Below, one piece after another: positions 29,545-38,854 of a stretch of 64,000 nt of DNA (position 1 is its first letter; every line of letters starts with the position of its first letter). The stretch is taken from assembly GCA_944377305.1 (NCBI GenBank), contig CALWEL010000001.1, positions 55,512 through 119,511 on the forward strand. The letters run 5' to 3'. Source of the stretch: an uncultured Clostridia bacterium (GTDB taxonomy: Bacteria; Bacillota; Clostridia; Christensenellales; UBA1242). The translations under genes and the position numbers were made by a program. The notes beneath the pieces were generated by a model. The model was not told the origin of the DNA, ran no database searches, and was given only the letters and a program-made list of their open reading frames with translations.

Positions 29545-30381
29545 ATGGCAAAAAGTAAATTGTATCGTATATTATTTTGTGTCGTGCTACTGCTGGTAGT
29601 ATTATGTTTGTCTGCTTGTGCTAGCGTTCGATCTATGACAGTCACGAACGAGGACGGGACGATAGATGAATTGGTGTATGTCACATTGCAAGAAAATGAA
29701 ATCTTATCCGCCGGTTATAGTGTGGAGGAAATAAAGAGCAAGATTTCAAGTTCAAGTCTTAACGAAGCTAGGCAAATTGTGAATAATTTTAATCTAAAAG
29801 TCAGTTTAGATATTCTAAATTCTTCAGATCAAGATACAATAAAAACATTGAATAGTTTTTTGAATGGTATAGATGTGGTCGGTGATAAATGGGAAGAAAA
29901 TACTTATGTGATAGGTTTACGATTCAAAAATATGGATGTGTATAGTTATTATTATGGTATAACTAGCGAAAGCACAGCAAAGGTTGAAACGCAAAGTCAT
30001 TTCTTCTATGATAAAATCAGTTATTATGGAACTAGCACATTCGTTAGCTATTCAGATTTGTATGAACGGTTAAATGCTTATTATACTTCCAATTATCCTA
30101 ATTTGGTAAATAGCGAGAATAATGAACTTTTATACACTTATATTACCGATTTGTCTAGGGAACATAGCGATGCTGATTATATTACAAAAATGGATGGGAA
30201 ATATTATCATACTTGGGTAATTGATCCAGATAATATGTCAGAAGAATTGGTGTTATATTATAATATTGCTAACAAATCAAATTGTTTGATTGTATTGATT
30301 GGTGTGGGTGTAGCGGTTAGTTTAATACTTTTGCTCATAGCAGTTTTAATCAATAAAAAGAAAAAATATACAAAAAAATAA
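29545..30381 (+). CDS. Lipoprotein with additional C-terminal TM anchor
   Basis: Signal peptide with lipobox 'LCLSAC'. The ~230-aa Y/S/N-rich ectodomain is followed by a C-terminal TM 'LIVLIGVGVAVSLILLLIAVLI' and 'NKKKKYTKK'. Confidence 0.7.
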   Translation: MAKSKLYRILFCVVLLLVVLCLSACASVRSMTVTNEDGTIDELVYVTLQENEILSAGYSVEEIKSKISSSSLNEARQIVNNFNLKVSLDILNSSDQDTIKTLNSFLNGIDVVGDKWEENTYVIGLRFKNMDVYSYYYGITSESTAKVETQSHFFYDKISYYGTSTFVSYSDLYERLNAYYTSNYPNLVNSENNELLYTYITDLSREHSDADYITKMDGKYYHTWVIDPDNMSEELVLYYNIANKSNCLIVLIGVGVAVSLILLLIAVLINKKKKYTKK

Positions 30382-30490
30382 AAAATATTAAAAAATATAT
30401 CAAAATTAATTAAAATTTTATAAAAATCATACAATATTTAAAAAAAAATTAAAAATATAATAAAATATTTGTTTTAATATTTTCGATATA

Positions 30491-30519
30491 AAAAAGGAAT
30501 TTTGCAGATTCCTTTTTTT
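30491..30519. terminator. Bidirectional rho-independent terminator
   Basis: AAAAA-GGAAT-tttgcag-ATTCC-TTTTTTT. Confidence 0.6.
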
Positions 30520-30528
30520 AGTCGATTG

Positions 30529-30590
30529 ATAAAAAATGAACAAATTTATATAAAAAATGAACAAATTTATATAAAAAAATGAAAAAAAAT
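30529..30590. repeat. 21-bp tandem repeat (2 perfect copies plus a degenerate third)
   Basis: ATAAAAAATGAACAAATTTAT occurs at 30529-30549 and 30550-30570, then ATAAAAAAATGAAAAAAAAT follows. Confidence 0.9.
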
Positions 30591-30692
30591 AGATAAAAAT
30601 ATAAAATATAAATAGATGCAGTATTAAAAAATTTAAACTGATAAATAAAAATTAATAGCTAATAAATTAGAGAAAAACTATATGCTTGGGAA

Positions 30693-30788
30693 ATGAAAAT
30701 ACAAAAAGCAAATAAAATAGTTACAATTCTATTTTGCCTACCAATCGTATTTTTTGGATGGAATTTTTATATCATCATAATATTCTAG
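30693..30788 (+). CDS. Speculative 31-aa hydrophobic peptide ORF (below ORF-track cutoff)
   Basis: ATG..TAG translated by hand gives MKIQKANKIVTILFCLPIVFFGWNFYIIIIF. The only SD is a weak, closely spaced GGGA. It overlaps the 3' end of the convergent ORF 30738..30902. Confidence 0.2.
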   Translation: MKIQKANKIVTILFCLPIVFFGWNFYIIIIF

Positions 30789-30902
30789 ATATTTTTCGTT
30801 GGCTTTATCTTTATTGGAGTATTTATATTTTCTAGTTTTATTATATGTAGTTTTATTTTCTTTTCCTTTCGGAAGATGTTTCAATACTTTTATTTTTTTC
30901 AT
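30738..30902 (-). CDS. Speculative 54-aa lysine-rich small protein ORF (below ORF-track cutoff)
   Basis: Hand translation gives MKKIKVLKHLPKGKENKTTYNKTRKYKYSNKDKANEKYLEYYDDIKIPSKKYDW*. AAAGG lies 6 nt upstream of the ATG. A 12-codon uORF (30899..30937) precedes it, and its TGA overlaps this ATG. Confidence 0.25.
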   Translation of the reverse strand: MKKIKVLKHLPKGKENKTTYNKTRKYKYSNKDKANEKYLEYYDDIKIPSKKYDW

Positions 30903-31280
30903 TTCGTGCCTTTATTCGTGCCTTTATCTTTTTTCATTTTGTGATTTTATAAGTTTTGATGTAAATGTAAATGTTCGTTTATGCGGAAGTATAATCTAAT
31001 AATCTTGTTAATTTGAAAATAGTATATCGTTTTTGTGATAGCGAGATGTATTTATCAAGTTATTAATTTTATTAGTTTGTATAAATATTTTTGTGAGTGA
31101 AATGTGATATTATGTATTAATAATTTTGCTTTGATTAGTTGTAAATAGATAAAAATTTGATTGTTTTTGTTTTTGAATTAGAAAAGGCCATTAATATAAA
31201 ATATAATTTAGAAAAATGAATTTGTATTTTTGCATTAAAAATCACAATTTTTGTTTTAGATAGATATAAAAAAGATTGAT

Positions 31281-31320
31281 TACAAAAAGATTTCCACATT
31301 TTTAATAAATTTTGTGGAAA
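31281..31320 (-). terminator. nrdG terminator
   Basis: On the minus strand, TTTCCACA (31320-31313) and TGTGGAAA (31298-31291) are followed by TCTTTTTGT. The hairpin spans the nrdG stop codon. Confidence 0.6.
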
Positions 31321-31880
31321 TCTGAATTTTTTTTGTCATTATATATACTCAATACAATTTTATTTTCTTTCAAACTTTTTTGCACATCTATCACGCGCTG
31401 ATTGCTACTACCTTTGAATCGAAGAGTAATATCTTTCAATTCTTCTTTGAATTCGCCGTCAACCAAAATGTCTATGTATGACAAAAGTTCACGCGTGAAT
31501 GGACAGTGTGCTCGGCTAGGGGATAGCAGTTCACTATCAAACAAATATCCCGAATAACACCATATTGTTTTATTTGGGTACAACGCTTTGACGCGTTTTA
31601 CGAATGGAAGAAGCGCCTTTTGATTGGCTGGTTCCATAGGCTCTCCGCCGAGCAAGGTCAATCCATTGATATAATCAGGGGATAGATGCTTGATTATGTC
31701 ATCCTCTGTTTCTTTCGTAAAAGGTTTGCCATAATTGAAGTCCCAAGTTTCTGAATTGAAGCAATTTTTGCAATGATGAGTGCATCCGCTGACAAACAAC
31801 GACACGCGCACGCCCTCACCATTTGCAATATCATAATATTTTATATTACCGTAATTCATATTTTCCTTTAATAACTGCAA
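31302..31880 (-). CDS. nrdG: Anaerobic ribonucleoside-triphosphate reductase activating protein
   Basis: Radical-SAM motif 'CTHHCKNC' and 'GLTLLGGEP'. It lies directly downstream of nrdD. Confidence 0.93.
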   Translation of the reverse strand: MQLLKENMNYGNIKYYDIANGEGVRVSLFVSGCTHHCKNCFNSETWDFNYGKPFTKETEDDIIKHLSPDYINGLTLLGGEPMEPANQKALLPFVKRVKALYPNKTIWCYSGYLFDSELLSPSRAHCPFTRELLSYIDILVDGEFKEELKDITLRFKGSSNQRVIDVQKSLKENKIVLSIYNDKKNSDFHKIY

Positions 31881-31888
31881 TAATATTT

Positions 31889-34069
31889 TTATAAGTGCAA
31901 GACTCTATCTCGGATTTCTTGCGTCCTGCCTTGATTCCAGAATTGACTGCCTATATAGCCACAAGTTCGCCTTGCGACATTCATTTTAGTTTGATCTTTG
32001 TTGCCACAATGTGGGCATACCCAAATGAGTTTTCCGTCCTTGTCTTCTTCAATCAAGATCTCTCCGTCATAGCCACATACCTGACAATAGTCTGATTTTG
32101 TATTAAGTTCGGCATACATTATGTTGTCATAAATATATTTTATAACTTGCAAAACTGCCTGAATGTTGTCTTGCATATTTGGCACTTCTACATAACTGAT
32201 TGCGCCACCAGGACTCAATGCTTGGAATTCGCTTTCCAATTTTAGTTTTTCAAACGCGTCTATTGGTTCGGTGACATGGACATGATAACTATTTGTGACA
32301 TAATTTTTGTCTGTTACGCCCGGGATGATTCCGAATCTGCGCTGTAAACATTTTGCAAACTTGTATGTAGTGCTTTCAAGCGGTGTGCCATATAGTGAAT
32401 AGTCAATGTTTTCTGCTTGTTTCCACTTTTTCGTATATTCGTTCAATTTTTGCATAATTTTCAAGCCTAATTCTTCGCCTTCAGGTTCGGTCAGTTTGTG
32501 CCCATTTAGATAGAACACGGTTTCCCATAGTCCTGCATATCCTAGCGATATTGTAGAATAACCGCCATACAACAATTTGTCTATTTTTTCGCCTGGTTTG
32601 AGTCGCGCAATGGCGCCGTGTTGCCATAGAATTGGTGCAACATCTGAAGTGGTGCCAAGCAATCTTTCGTGCCTGCAACGCAATGCTTCGTGGCACAATT
32701 CCATACGCTCGTCAAAGATTTTCCAGAATTTGTTCATATCTTTTCCGCACGACAATGCGATGTCTATCAAATTGATTGTGACCACTCCTTGATTGAATCT
32801 GCCATAGTATTTTGGTTTACCATTTTCGTCCACATACGGAGTTAAAAATGAGCGACATCCCATACAAGGATAGCAATGACCTTCACCATTTTTGTCTATT
32901 TTCAATTCAAGCATCTTTTTCTCACTGATATAATCTGGCACAAGTCGCTTTGCAGTACATTTTGCGGCAAGTTCGGTCAGATAATAGTATTTACTATCTG
33001 GATGAATGTTGTCTTCTTCCAAAACATATACAATTTTTGGGAAGGCTGGAGTGATAGGCACTCCTTTTTCGTTCTTTACTCCTTCATATCTTTGTTGCAA
33101 AGTTTCTTCAATGATCAGCGCCAAATCTTGTTTTTCGCGTTCGTTTTTCGCTTCGCCTAGATACAAAAATTCTGTAACAAATGGCGCTTGTCCATTTGTG
33201 GTCATCAAAGTGATCACTTGATATTGAATGGTCTGCACTCCGCGGTTGATCTCTTTTCGTACGCGTTGCTCGGTGATTTTGTCTATTAGTTTGCTATCAA
33301 TATTGTCCGATATTTGTTTTAGCTCTTCTTCCACTTCTTGCCTGATCTTCTTTCGGCTGACATCTACAAATGGGGCAAGGTGCGCCATACTAATGCTTTG
33401 CCCGCCATATTGGCTAGATGCCACTTGCGCCACAATTTGAGTGGCGATATTGCAAGCGGTGGAAAATGAATGAGGTCGTTCGATCATAGTGTTTGATATA
33501 ACTGTACCATTTTGCAACATATCTTCTAGATTGACTAGGTCACAGTTGTGCATACGCTGGGCAAAATAGTCTGCATCGTGGAAGTGAATGATACCTTCTT
33601 CGTGAGCCTTCCATATATGATGAGGCAAAAGGAAACGTTTGGTCAAATCCTTGCTCATCTCTCCCGCCATATAATCGCGCTGAACACTATTTACAGTAGG
33701 ATTTTTATTTGAATTTTCCTGTTTGATCTCTTCATTTTTCAAATCAATCAGTGCAAACACTTTCTCATCTGTGGTGTTTGCCTGTCTTGCTAGTTGTCTA
33801 TCATAGCGATAAGTGATATAGTTCTTTGCTACCAAAAAAGCACCTTGCTTCATTATGGCAAATTCCACCATATCCTGAATTTCTTCCACTCCGACAGCAC
33901 GTCCCATACCTTCGCATTCTTGTACAACTTCATTGACAACAATTTCAATCTGAGGTGGGGTGAGACGTTTACTTATTTCGTCTACCGAATTGTTTGCCTT
34001 TGTGACAGCAATTCTAATTTTGTCTGGATTGAAGATGACTTCTTGTCCATTACGCTTGATAACTTTCAT
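31889..34069 (-). CDS. nrdD: Anaerobic ribonucleoside-triphosphate reductase (class III)
   Basis: AGGAGG RBS and an N-terminal ATP-cone 'VIKRNGQEVIFNPDKI'. The C-terminus has a Zn ribbon 'CQVCGY..CPHCG' and the glycyl-radical motif 'RRTCGYIG'. Confidence 0.97.
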   Translation of the reverse strand: MKVIKRNGQEVIFNPDKIRIAVTKANNSVDEISKRLTPPQIEIVVNEVVQECEGMGRAVGVEEIQDMVEFAIMKQGAFLVAKNYITYRYDRQLARQANTTDEKVFALIDLKNEEIKQENSNKNPTVNSVQRDYMAGEMSKDLTKRFLLPHHIWKAHEEGIIHFHDADYFAQRMHNCDLVNLEDMLQNGTVISNTMIERPHSFSTACNIATQIVAQVASSQYGGQSISMAHLAPFVDVSRKKIRQEVEEELKQISDNIDSKLIDKITEQRVRKEINRGVQTIQYQVITLMTTNGQAPFVTEFLYLGEAKNEREKQDLALIIEETLQQRYEGVKNEKGVPITPAFPKIVYVLEEDNIHPDSKYYYLTELAAKCTAKRLVPDYISEKKMLELKIDKNGEGHCYPCMGCRSFLTPYVDENGKPKYYGRFNQGVVTINLIDIALSCGKDMNKFWKIFDERMELCHEALRCRHERLLGTTSDVAPILWQHGAIARLKPGEKIDKLLYGGYSTISLGYAGLWETVFYLNGHKLTEPEGEELGLKIMQKLNEYTKKWKQAENIDYSLYGTPLESTTYKFAKCLQRRFGIIPGVTDKNYVTNSYHVHVTEPIDAFEKLKLESEFQALSPGGAISYVEVPNMQDNIQAVLQVIKYIYDNIMYAELNTKSDYCQVCGYDGEILIEEDKDGKLIWVCPHCGNKDQTKMNVARRTCGYIGSQFWNQGRTQEIRDRVLHL

Positions 34070-34175
34070 AAATTCCTCCTATGATCAAACAACCGTGATT
34101 CGTTTGACATTACAACTCTATTATACTATAATGAGAGTGTAAAAAGTGTTGTTTTTACAACAAATATATGAATTT

Positions 34176-34850
34176 ATGGAATATTTTCAAGAATTAAAAG
34201 CTACTAAAATTTTTGATTCTGCGTCTGAATTTGATTGTCAGGCTATGATGTTTTGTTTCAAAACTAAGTTCAAAATGTTTGACAAAAATGAAAATATCAT
34301 TACTCAAGGAAATAGAATTGAGGATATTATTTTGATATTGAAAGGAGGCGGAATAGTAGAGAATATTGATATTTTAGGCAATATTTCAATAGTGATGCAA
34401 TTGAAAAAGGGTGACGTATATGGTGTGGAATCAGCGTATGCGGGGGATGAGTATTATAAGGATAGCGTGATCGCTACAGAAAAGACTTTGGTATTGTTTA
34501 TGAACAAGCATAGGCTTATCAATCCGTGTGAGAATAGGTGCAAGCGACACGATTCTGTCATCAAAAATCTGATGAGATTGGTGGCTGAAAGCAATTTGAA
34601 ATTGCTTGACAAACTTACGCATCTATCAAAAAAAACCACGAGAGAGAAATTGCTATCATATTTGGGCTTGATGAGCGAGCGGGCAAAATCTGACTACTTT
34701 GAGATTCCTTTCAACATCACAGAACTTGCGAATTATCTGTCTGTGGACAGGAGTGCTATGTCTAACGAACTAAGTAAAATGAAAAAAGAGGGATTGATAG
34801 ATTATGACAAACGCCAGTTCCATATATTTAACAGTAAAATAAAGTATTAA
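34176..34850 (+). CDS. Crp/Fnr-family transcriptional regulator
   Basis: N-terminal cNMP-binding-like beta-roll (..GDVYGVES..) and C-terminal HTH 'FNITELANYLSVDRSAMSNELSKMKKEGLI'. ATG 34176 is preferred over the ORF-track GTG 34146. Divergent from nrdDG. Confidence 0.82.
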   Translation: MEYFQELKATKIFDSASEFDCQAMMFCFKTKFKMFDKNENIITQGNRIEDIILILKGGGIVENIDILGNISIVMQLKKGDVYGVESAYAGDEYYKDSVIATEKTLVLFMNKHRLINPCENRCKRHDSVIKNLMRLVAESNLKLLDKLTHLSKKTTREKLLSYLGLMSERAKSDYFEIPFNITELANYLSVDRSAMSNELSKMKKEGLIDYDKRQFHIFNSKIKY

Positions 34851-35263
34851 TGTGTTTTGCACTTTTGTCATAAATAATATCTTATCATCAACAATTTGAT
34901 ATCAAAAAACAAATTTATTTTCAATAGTTTGGTATTGAATATTATATATCTTAGCCTTTTTCAAAATATTTTCCAAATTTAAGATTGTTTTCAATATATA
35001 GGAATAGTAATATGAACATTTTTTTGATTAAGCATTACAACAAAATTTATATAAATATTGCATAACATATTTAATAAATGGTGTAGCGAGTTCTGTTTGC
35101 TGTAATTTTGAGAACGGAGGAAGTGTTATACGAAAGGCTATTTAACTGTAAATTATTTTTTATTTCAAAACTTTCGATTGAAGAGAAGATAAAATTGCCT
35201 CATAATTTTGATTTTTAGATAAAATCATTTTTATATTTTTTAAAAATATTATATAATATAGTT

Positions 35264-35773
35264 ATGAAAGATAATATGAAAAATGTAAAGAAAGATGAAA
35301 TGAAAATGCTCATTATATCAATAGTGGCGAGCGTTTTGTTTGTCGTGGGCATACCCCTCATTGCTATGTTTGCCGGGAAAAATTGGGTGGTGATGACATT
35401 GGGGATAGTGTTCGTAGTGTTTGGCTTTTATGGTTCACCACTTCTATGGATCTCTTACGCAGGAAAGAGAAAGACAAAGCGTGTAGTTGAGGCGGTGGTA
35501 GAGGAAAATTTACTCACGAACAGCGAAATAGCACAGCAATTATCTATGAGAGAAAAAGATGTTCAAACGGAAGTATATAAGGCAATCAACAAAAAATATC
35601 TCGTGGGCTATATCTATGACGGCGAGACAATAAAATTGAATGATAAACAAAAGCCTATGCAAAAATTGCATATCAAAAAATGTAACAACTGCGGTGGGAA
35701 ATTGGAGCAAGAGGGAGATAAATGGCATTGTCCGTATTGTGATATGACCTTTTCAAAAGAAGAAATCCAATAG
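35264..35773 (+). CDS. Two-TM protein with wHTH-like segment and C-terminal zinc ribbon
   Basis: 169 aa. Two TM helices are followed by 'LLTNSEIAQQLSMREKDVQTEVYKAINKKYLV' (wHTH-like) and 'CNNCGG..CPYCD'. Confidence 0.55.
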   Translation: MKDNMKNVKKDEMKMLIISIVASVLFVVGIPLIAMFAGKNWVVMTLGIVFVVFGFYGSPLLWISYAGKRKTKRVVEAVVEENLLTNSEIAQQLSMREKDVQTEVYKAINKKYLVGYIYDGETIKLNDKQKPMQKLHIKKCNNCGGKLEQEGDKWHCPYCDMTFSKEEIQ

Positions 35774-35793
35774 ACTATTTGAATTGAGGAATT

Positions 35794-36579
35794 ATGTACG
35801 ATAAAGAGTTTAAATTGGCAAAGAAATTGTTAAACTATATAGGTAAACATATTTTAAATCTCAAAGCTCAATCATATTTAAGCAAAGGGGAATTTGATTA
35901 TGTGACAGACAAAGATCTAGAGAGTGAAAAATATTTGCTAAATAATATCAAACAGATATTTCCGCAGGATAATTTTTTGACCGAAGAAAATTATCCAGAA
36001 AATCAAATTTTAGATAGGACGTGGATAATTGATCCAATAGATGGCACACACAATTTTATGCATAATTTACATCTTTTTTGCGTGCAATTAGCATTTTATG
36101 ATGCGGGCAGTACGCAATTTTCAATGATATATATACCAAAATTAAACGAATTCTATTATGCTATAAAAAACAAAGGTGCATATCTAAATGGCAAACGATT
36201 GAAGATCAATCCGCAATCAACGTTTGAGTCTATGCTTGCAGTGACAGATTTTTCAAAATATAAGGATATGATGCAATTAAATTTTAATATAATGTTTGAT
36301 ATAAAAAATGAATGCTTGGCTTTCAGAAATCTAGGAAGTTACGGATGTGAAACTGCATTTTTTGCTAGTGGAAGATTGGGAATATTTTATCGCGTGGACA
36401 AAAAGATAAATGCTTGGGACATTTTGCCAGGCGAATTGATCTGTGTCGAGGCAGGCGCAATTTCGATTTATGAAAAATACAAGGGTATTGTGTATAACAT
36501 CATTGCCATCAATTCAACTTTTGCAGAAAAACTAGAAAAAATTATAAAGAACAATATAGATAAAGTATGCAATAACTAG
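35794..36579 (+). CDS. Inositol monophosphatase family protein
   Basis: Contains motifs 'LTEE', 'WIIDPIDGTHNF' and 'AWDILPG'. Confidence 0.85.
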   Translation: MYDKEFKLAKKLLNYIGKHILNLKAQSYLSKGEFDYVTDKDLESEKYLLNNIKQIFPQDNFLTEENYPENQILDRTWIIDPIDGTHNFMHNLHLFCVQLAFYDAGSTQFSMIYIPKLNEFYYAIKNKGAYLNGKRLKINPQSTFESMLAVTDFSKYKDMMQLNFNIMFDIKNECLAFRNLGSYGCETAFFASGRLGIFYRVDKKINAWDILPGELICVEAGAISIYEKYKGIVYNIIAINSTFAEKLEKIIKNNIDKVCNN

Positions 36580-36684
36580 TATATCAACTAAAGTGATGAT
36601 ATATTGAAGATTGAATAGATATAGCAAGGTAATAAAAACGATATAAAAACAGGTAAAAGTAATTAATGCTAAGATAGGACAAAC

Positions 36685-36710
36685 AAAAACCCACACGAAT
36701 CCGTGTTTTA
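36685..36710 (+). terminator. Putative terminator after the IMPase gene
   Basis: ACACG(36693-36697)-aatc-CGTGT(36702-36706) followed by TTTT. The stem is short. Confidence 0.35.
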
Positions 36711-36741
36711 TGAAAGACTTAGGATTGGGTGGATTATATTT

Positions 36742-37587
36742 TTATTTTTCTTTGCCAAAGAAGAATAGGGCTAATAGCCCCGGTCCAGTGTGACAACCGA
36801 TGACTTGTGTCAAGTCTGTGATTATAGGATTTACTCCCAATTCGTCTTTCAGTGCCTTGGCTAAATTTTCTGCATCTTCCAAACATACAGCGTGATTGAT
36901 AAACACATATTTTTTATCTGCAATTTTTTCTGAGCAAATCTTTTTGAGCTCACTTATTGCTTTCCTTCTAGATATGATTTTCCTATATGAAACCAACCTA
37001 CCTTGTTCATCTACACGCAAGACGGGCTTAATGTTGAGCAAAGTGCCTAGCATTCCACTCATTTTGCTCACTCTCCCTCCGCGAACTAGGTATTTTAGTT
37101 GTTCAACAGTAAAATAACTGCAGGCGTGGGGAATCAATGAATTGATTTCTTCTGCTATCTCGTCTATAGATTTTCCCTCTTGCATTAGGTCGTGTGCTTT
37201 CAATACGAGCAAACCTTCGCCAGATGCTGCGTTGAGTGAGTCGATCACAATGATTTTATTTTTATTTTTTTCATTGTATTCATCTGCAAGACGTTTCATT
37301 GTGGAGGTACTTCCGCTAAGAGCGGATGAAAAACCTATATGTAATATATCTTCACCAGACTTTAGCAAAGCTTCTAAATATTCTCGCGCACGGAATTCGT
37401 TGATCTGAGAGGTCGTCGGAGTGGAGCCATCTCGCATTTTTTGATAATATTCTTCTACTGGCAGATCTTCGCTCAGATCATTGTATGTCCTATCGTCAAG
37501 ATTGATTTGCATCGGTATCATACGAATGTTTAGTTTTTCATAATATTCTTTTGGCAAATTAGCTGTAGAGTCAGTGCTTATAATCAT
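36742..37587 (-). CDS. DegV family (fatty-acid-binding, FakB-like) protein
   Basis: Contains 'ISTDSTANLP', 'TSQ' and 'HIGFSSALSGS..', plus C-terminal 'VIGCHTGPG'. It is 281 aa. Confidence 0.9.
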   Translation of the reverse strand: MIISTDSTANLPKEYYEKLNIRMIPMQINLDDRTYNDLSEDLPVEEYYQKMRDGSTPTTSQINEFRAREYLEALLKSGEDILHIGFSSALSGSTSTMKRLADEYNEKNKNKIIVIDSLNAASGEGLLVLKAHDLMQEGKSIDEIAEEINSLIPHACSYFTVEQLKYLVRGGRVSKMSGMLGTLLNIKPVLRVDEQGRLVSYRKIISRRKAISELKKICSEKIADKKYVFINHAVCLEDAENLAKALKDELGVNPIITDLTQVIGCHTGPGLLALFFFGKEK

Positions 37588-38854
37588 TATTGTTCTCCTT
37601 TAATTTTAATTTAACTAATGTTTCCACCTGATTAGTATTTGGGAACATATCATACGGAATAACTTTTTCTATTATATAATCATTTTTCAAAAATTGCAAA
37701 TCTTTTGATAATGCTATAGGATTACAGGATATATAAATTATTGATTTTATGCCAATAATTTGTCGCAAAATGTCTTTTCCGCATCCTTTTTTTGGCGGAT
37801 CGAGAATGAGTGCGTCTGCGATTTTATTTATTTTTTTATATTCAACATTGAAGTCGCCTAGAATATTTTTTACATTTTTTATTTTGTTGTTTTTGATAAG
37901 CTTTTCAGCCTCATTATGTGAATTTTTTTCTATCTCTACGCCATACACGAATTTCGCACGTTTGGCGCATATTGCACTCAGCAATCCAGCACCGCTGAAT
38001 GCATTGATCACGATTTCATCTCTCTTGATATAGTCTAGCACTGTTGTGTAAATCTTGTTTTGTACACTAATATTCGTTTGATGGAAAGAGAGCAAGTCTA
38101 TAGCGTATTTTATATCAAAATTTTGGATCTCTATGCGGTTTGTCCCCGCAATGAAACTCGTTTTCCCGCTCAGCACCACAGAGTCTTTCCTAGTGTTGAC
38201 GACGAGATAGAGTCCTACATATTGAAAATGTTCTTTTAAAATTTCATAAAAATCAGCACAATCAATATGATTTTTGACGACAACTCCCACCAAAACGTGA
38301 TTGTTTATAGCACGTACAACTAGATTTTTGATATTTGGATGAATTGATTGATGACCCTTTAGATATTGCAAGAACAACGAATAAACTTTGTTTATATTTT
38401 CATCAAGAATTAGACAATTGGAGATATCTACAATTTCTTTCGACTTTTGTTTATAAAAACCAGCTCTATCAATAGAAAAATTAAAGCTCGCTTTATTGCG
38501 ATAATGGAAAATTTTGTCACTAGAGACTGTCGGTGAGACATCACAGTCTAGTTGCGCAATTTTTTTGATAGTTTTTTTCACCAAAAGCGCCTTGTATCTC
38601 AGTTGTTCATCATAACTTGTATGTTGAAGAGAGCATCCACCACAATCATAGAAGTATGGGCAGGGAGGACTTTGTCTTTTGGGAGACGGAGAAAGTATCG
38701 ATTGCAATTCAGCATCCGCATAATTTTTGTATTGGCGTATGATCTGTATTTCTACCTTTTCGCCAACCAATGCGTACGGGACGAAGTATATAAAATTATT
38801 TTCTTTTGCCACTCCCTCAGCATTCATACCATAATCAATAATATTCGCTTGCAT
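37571..38854 (-). CDS. 23S rRNA (uracil-C5)-methyltransferase, RlmD/RumA family
   Basis: N-terminal TRAM-like segment and Fe-S cysteines 'CPYFYDCGGCSLQH'. SAM motif 'NAFSGAGLLS' and catalytic 'YISCNP'. Overlaps tetR by 20 nt and degV by 17 nt. Confidence 0.88.
   Translation of the reverse strand: MQANIIDYGMNAEGVAKENNFIYFVPYALVGEKVEIQIIRQYKNYADAELQSILSPSPKRQSPPCPYFYDCGGCSLQHTSYDEQLRYKALLVKKTIKKIAQLDCDVSPTVSSDKIFHYRNKASFNFSIDRAGFYKQKSKEIVDISNCLILDENINKVYSLFLQYLKGHQSIHPNIKNLVVRAINNHVLVGVVVKNHIDCADFYEILKEHFQYVGLYLVVNTRKDSVVLSGKTSFIAGTNRIEIQNFDIKYAIDLLSFHQTNISVQNKIYTTVLDYIKRDEIVINAFSGAGLLSAICAKRAKFVYGVEIEKNSHNEAEKLIKNNKIKNVKNILGDFNVEYKKINKIADALILDPPKKGCGKDILRQIIGIKSIIYISCNPIALSKDLQFLKNDYIIEKVIPYDMFPNTNQVETLVKLKLKENNNDYKH

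Noticed and set aside
29163-30590. CRISPR-like array suggested by the direct repeats
   Set aside because: There are only 2-3 copies of each repeat. The units are A/T homopolymer-rich and either contiguous or irregularly spaced, with no unique spacers of uniform length and no cas genes.
30799-30999. 66-aa hydrophobic ORF on the plus strand
   Set aside because: It starts with TTG and has no RBS. Its Phe/Leu richness simply mirrors the T-rich strand opposite the Lys-rich minus-strand ORF. I kept it only as context for the small-ORF finding.
29036-31301. Possible replication origin (oriC/DUE) in the extremely AT-rich, repeat-bearing spacers next to gyrA
   Set aside because: There is no dnaA or dnaN in the window. 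I found only isolated near-matches to the DnaA box TTATCCACA: TTATACACA at 29388-29396, and 2-mismatch hits that belong to the nrdG terminator stem. Gene orientation also does not switch across the region.
34081-34176. NrdR boxes upstream of nrdD
   Set aside because: I compared candidate 16-mers with the acaCwAtATaTwGtgt consensus by eye. None matched with fewer than about 4 mismatches, and no properly spaced pair was present.
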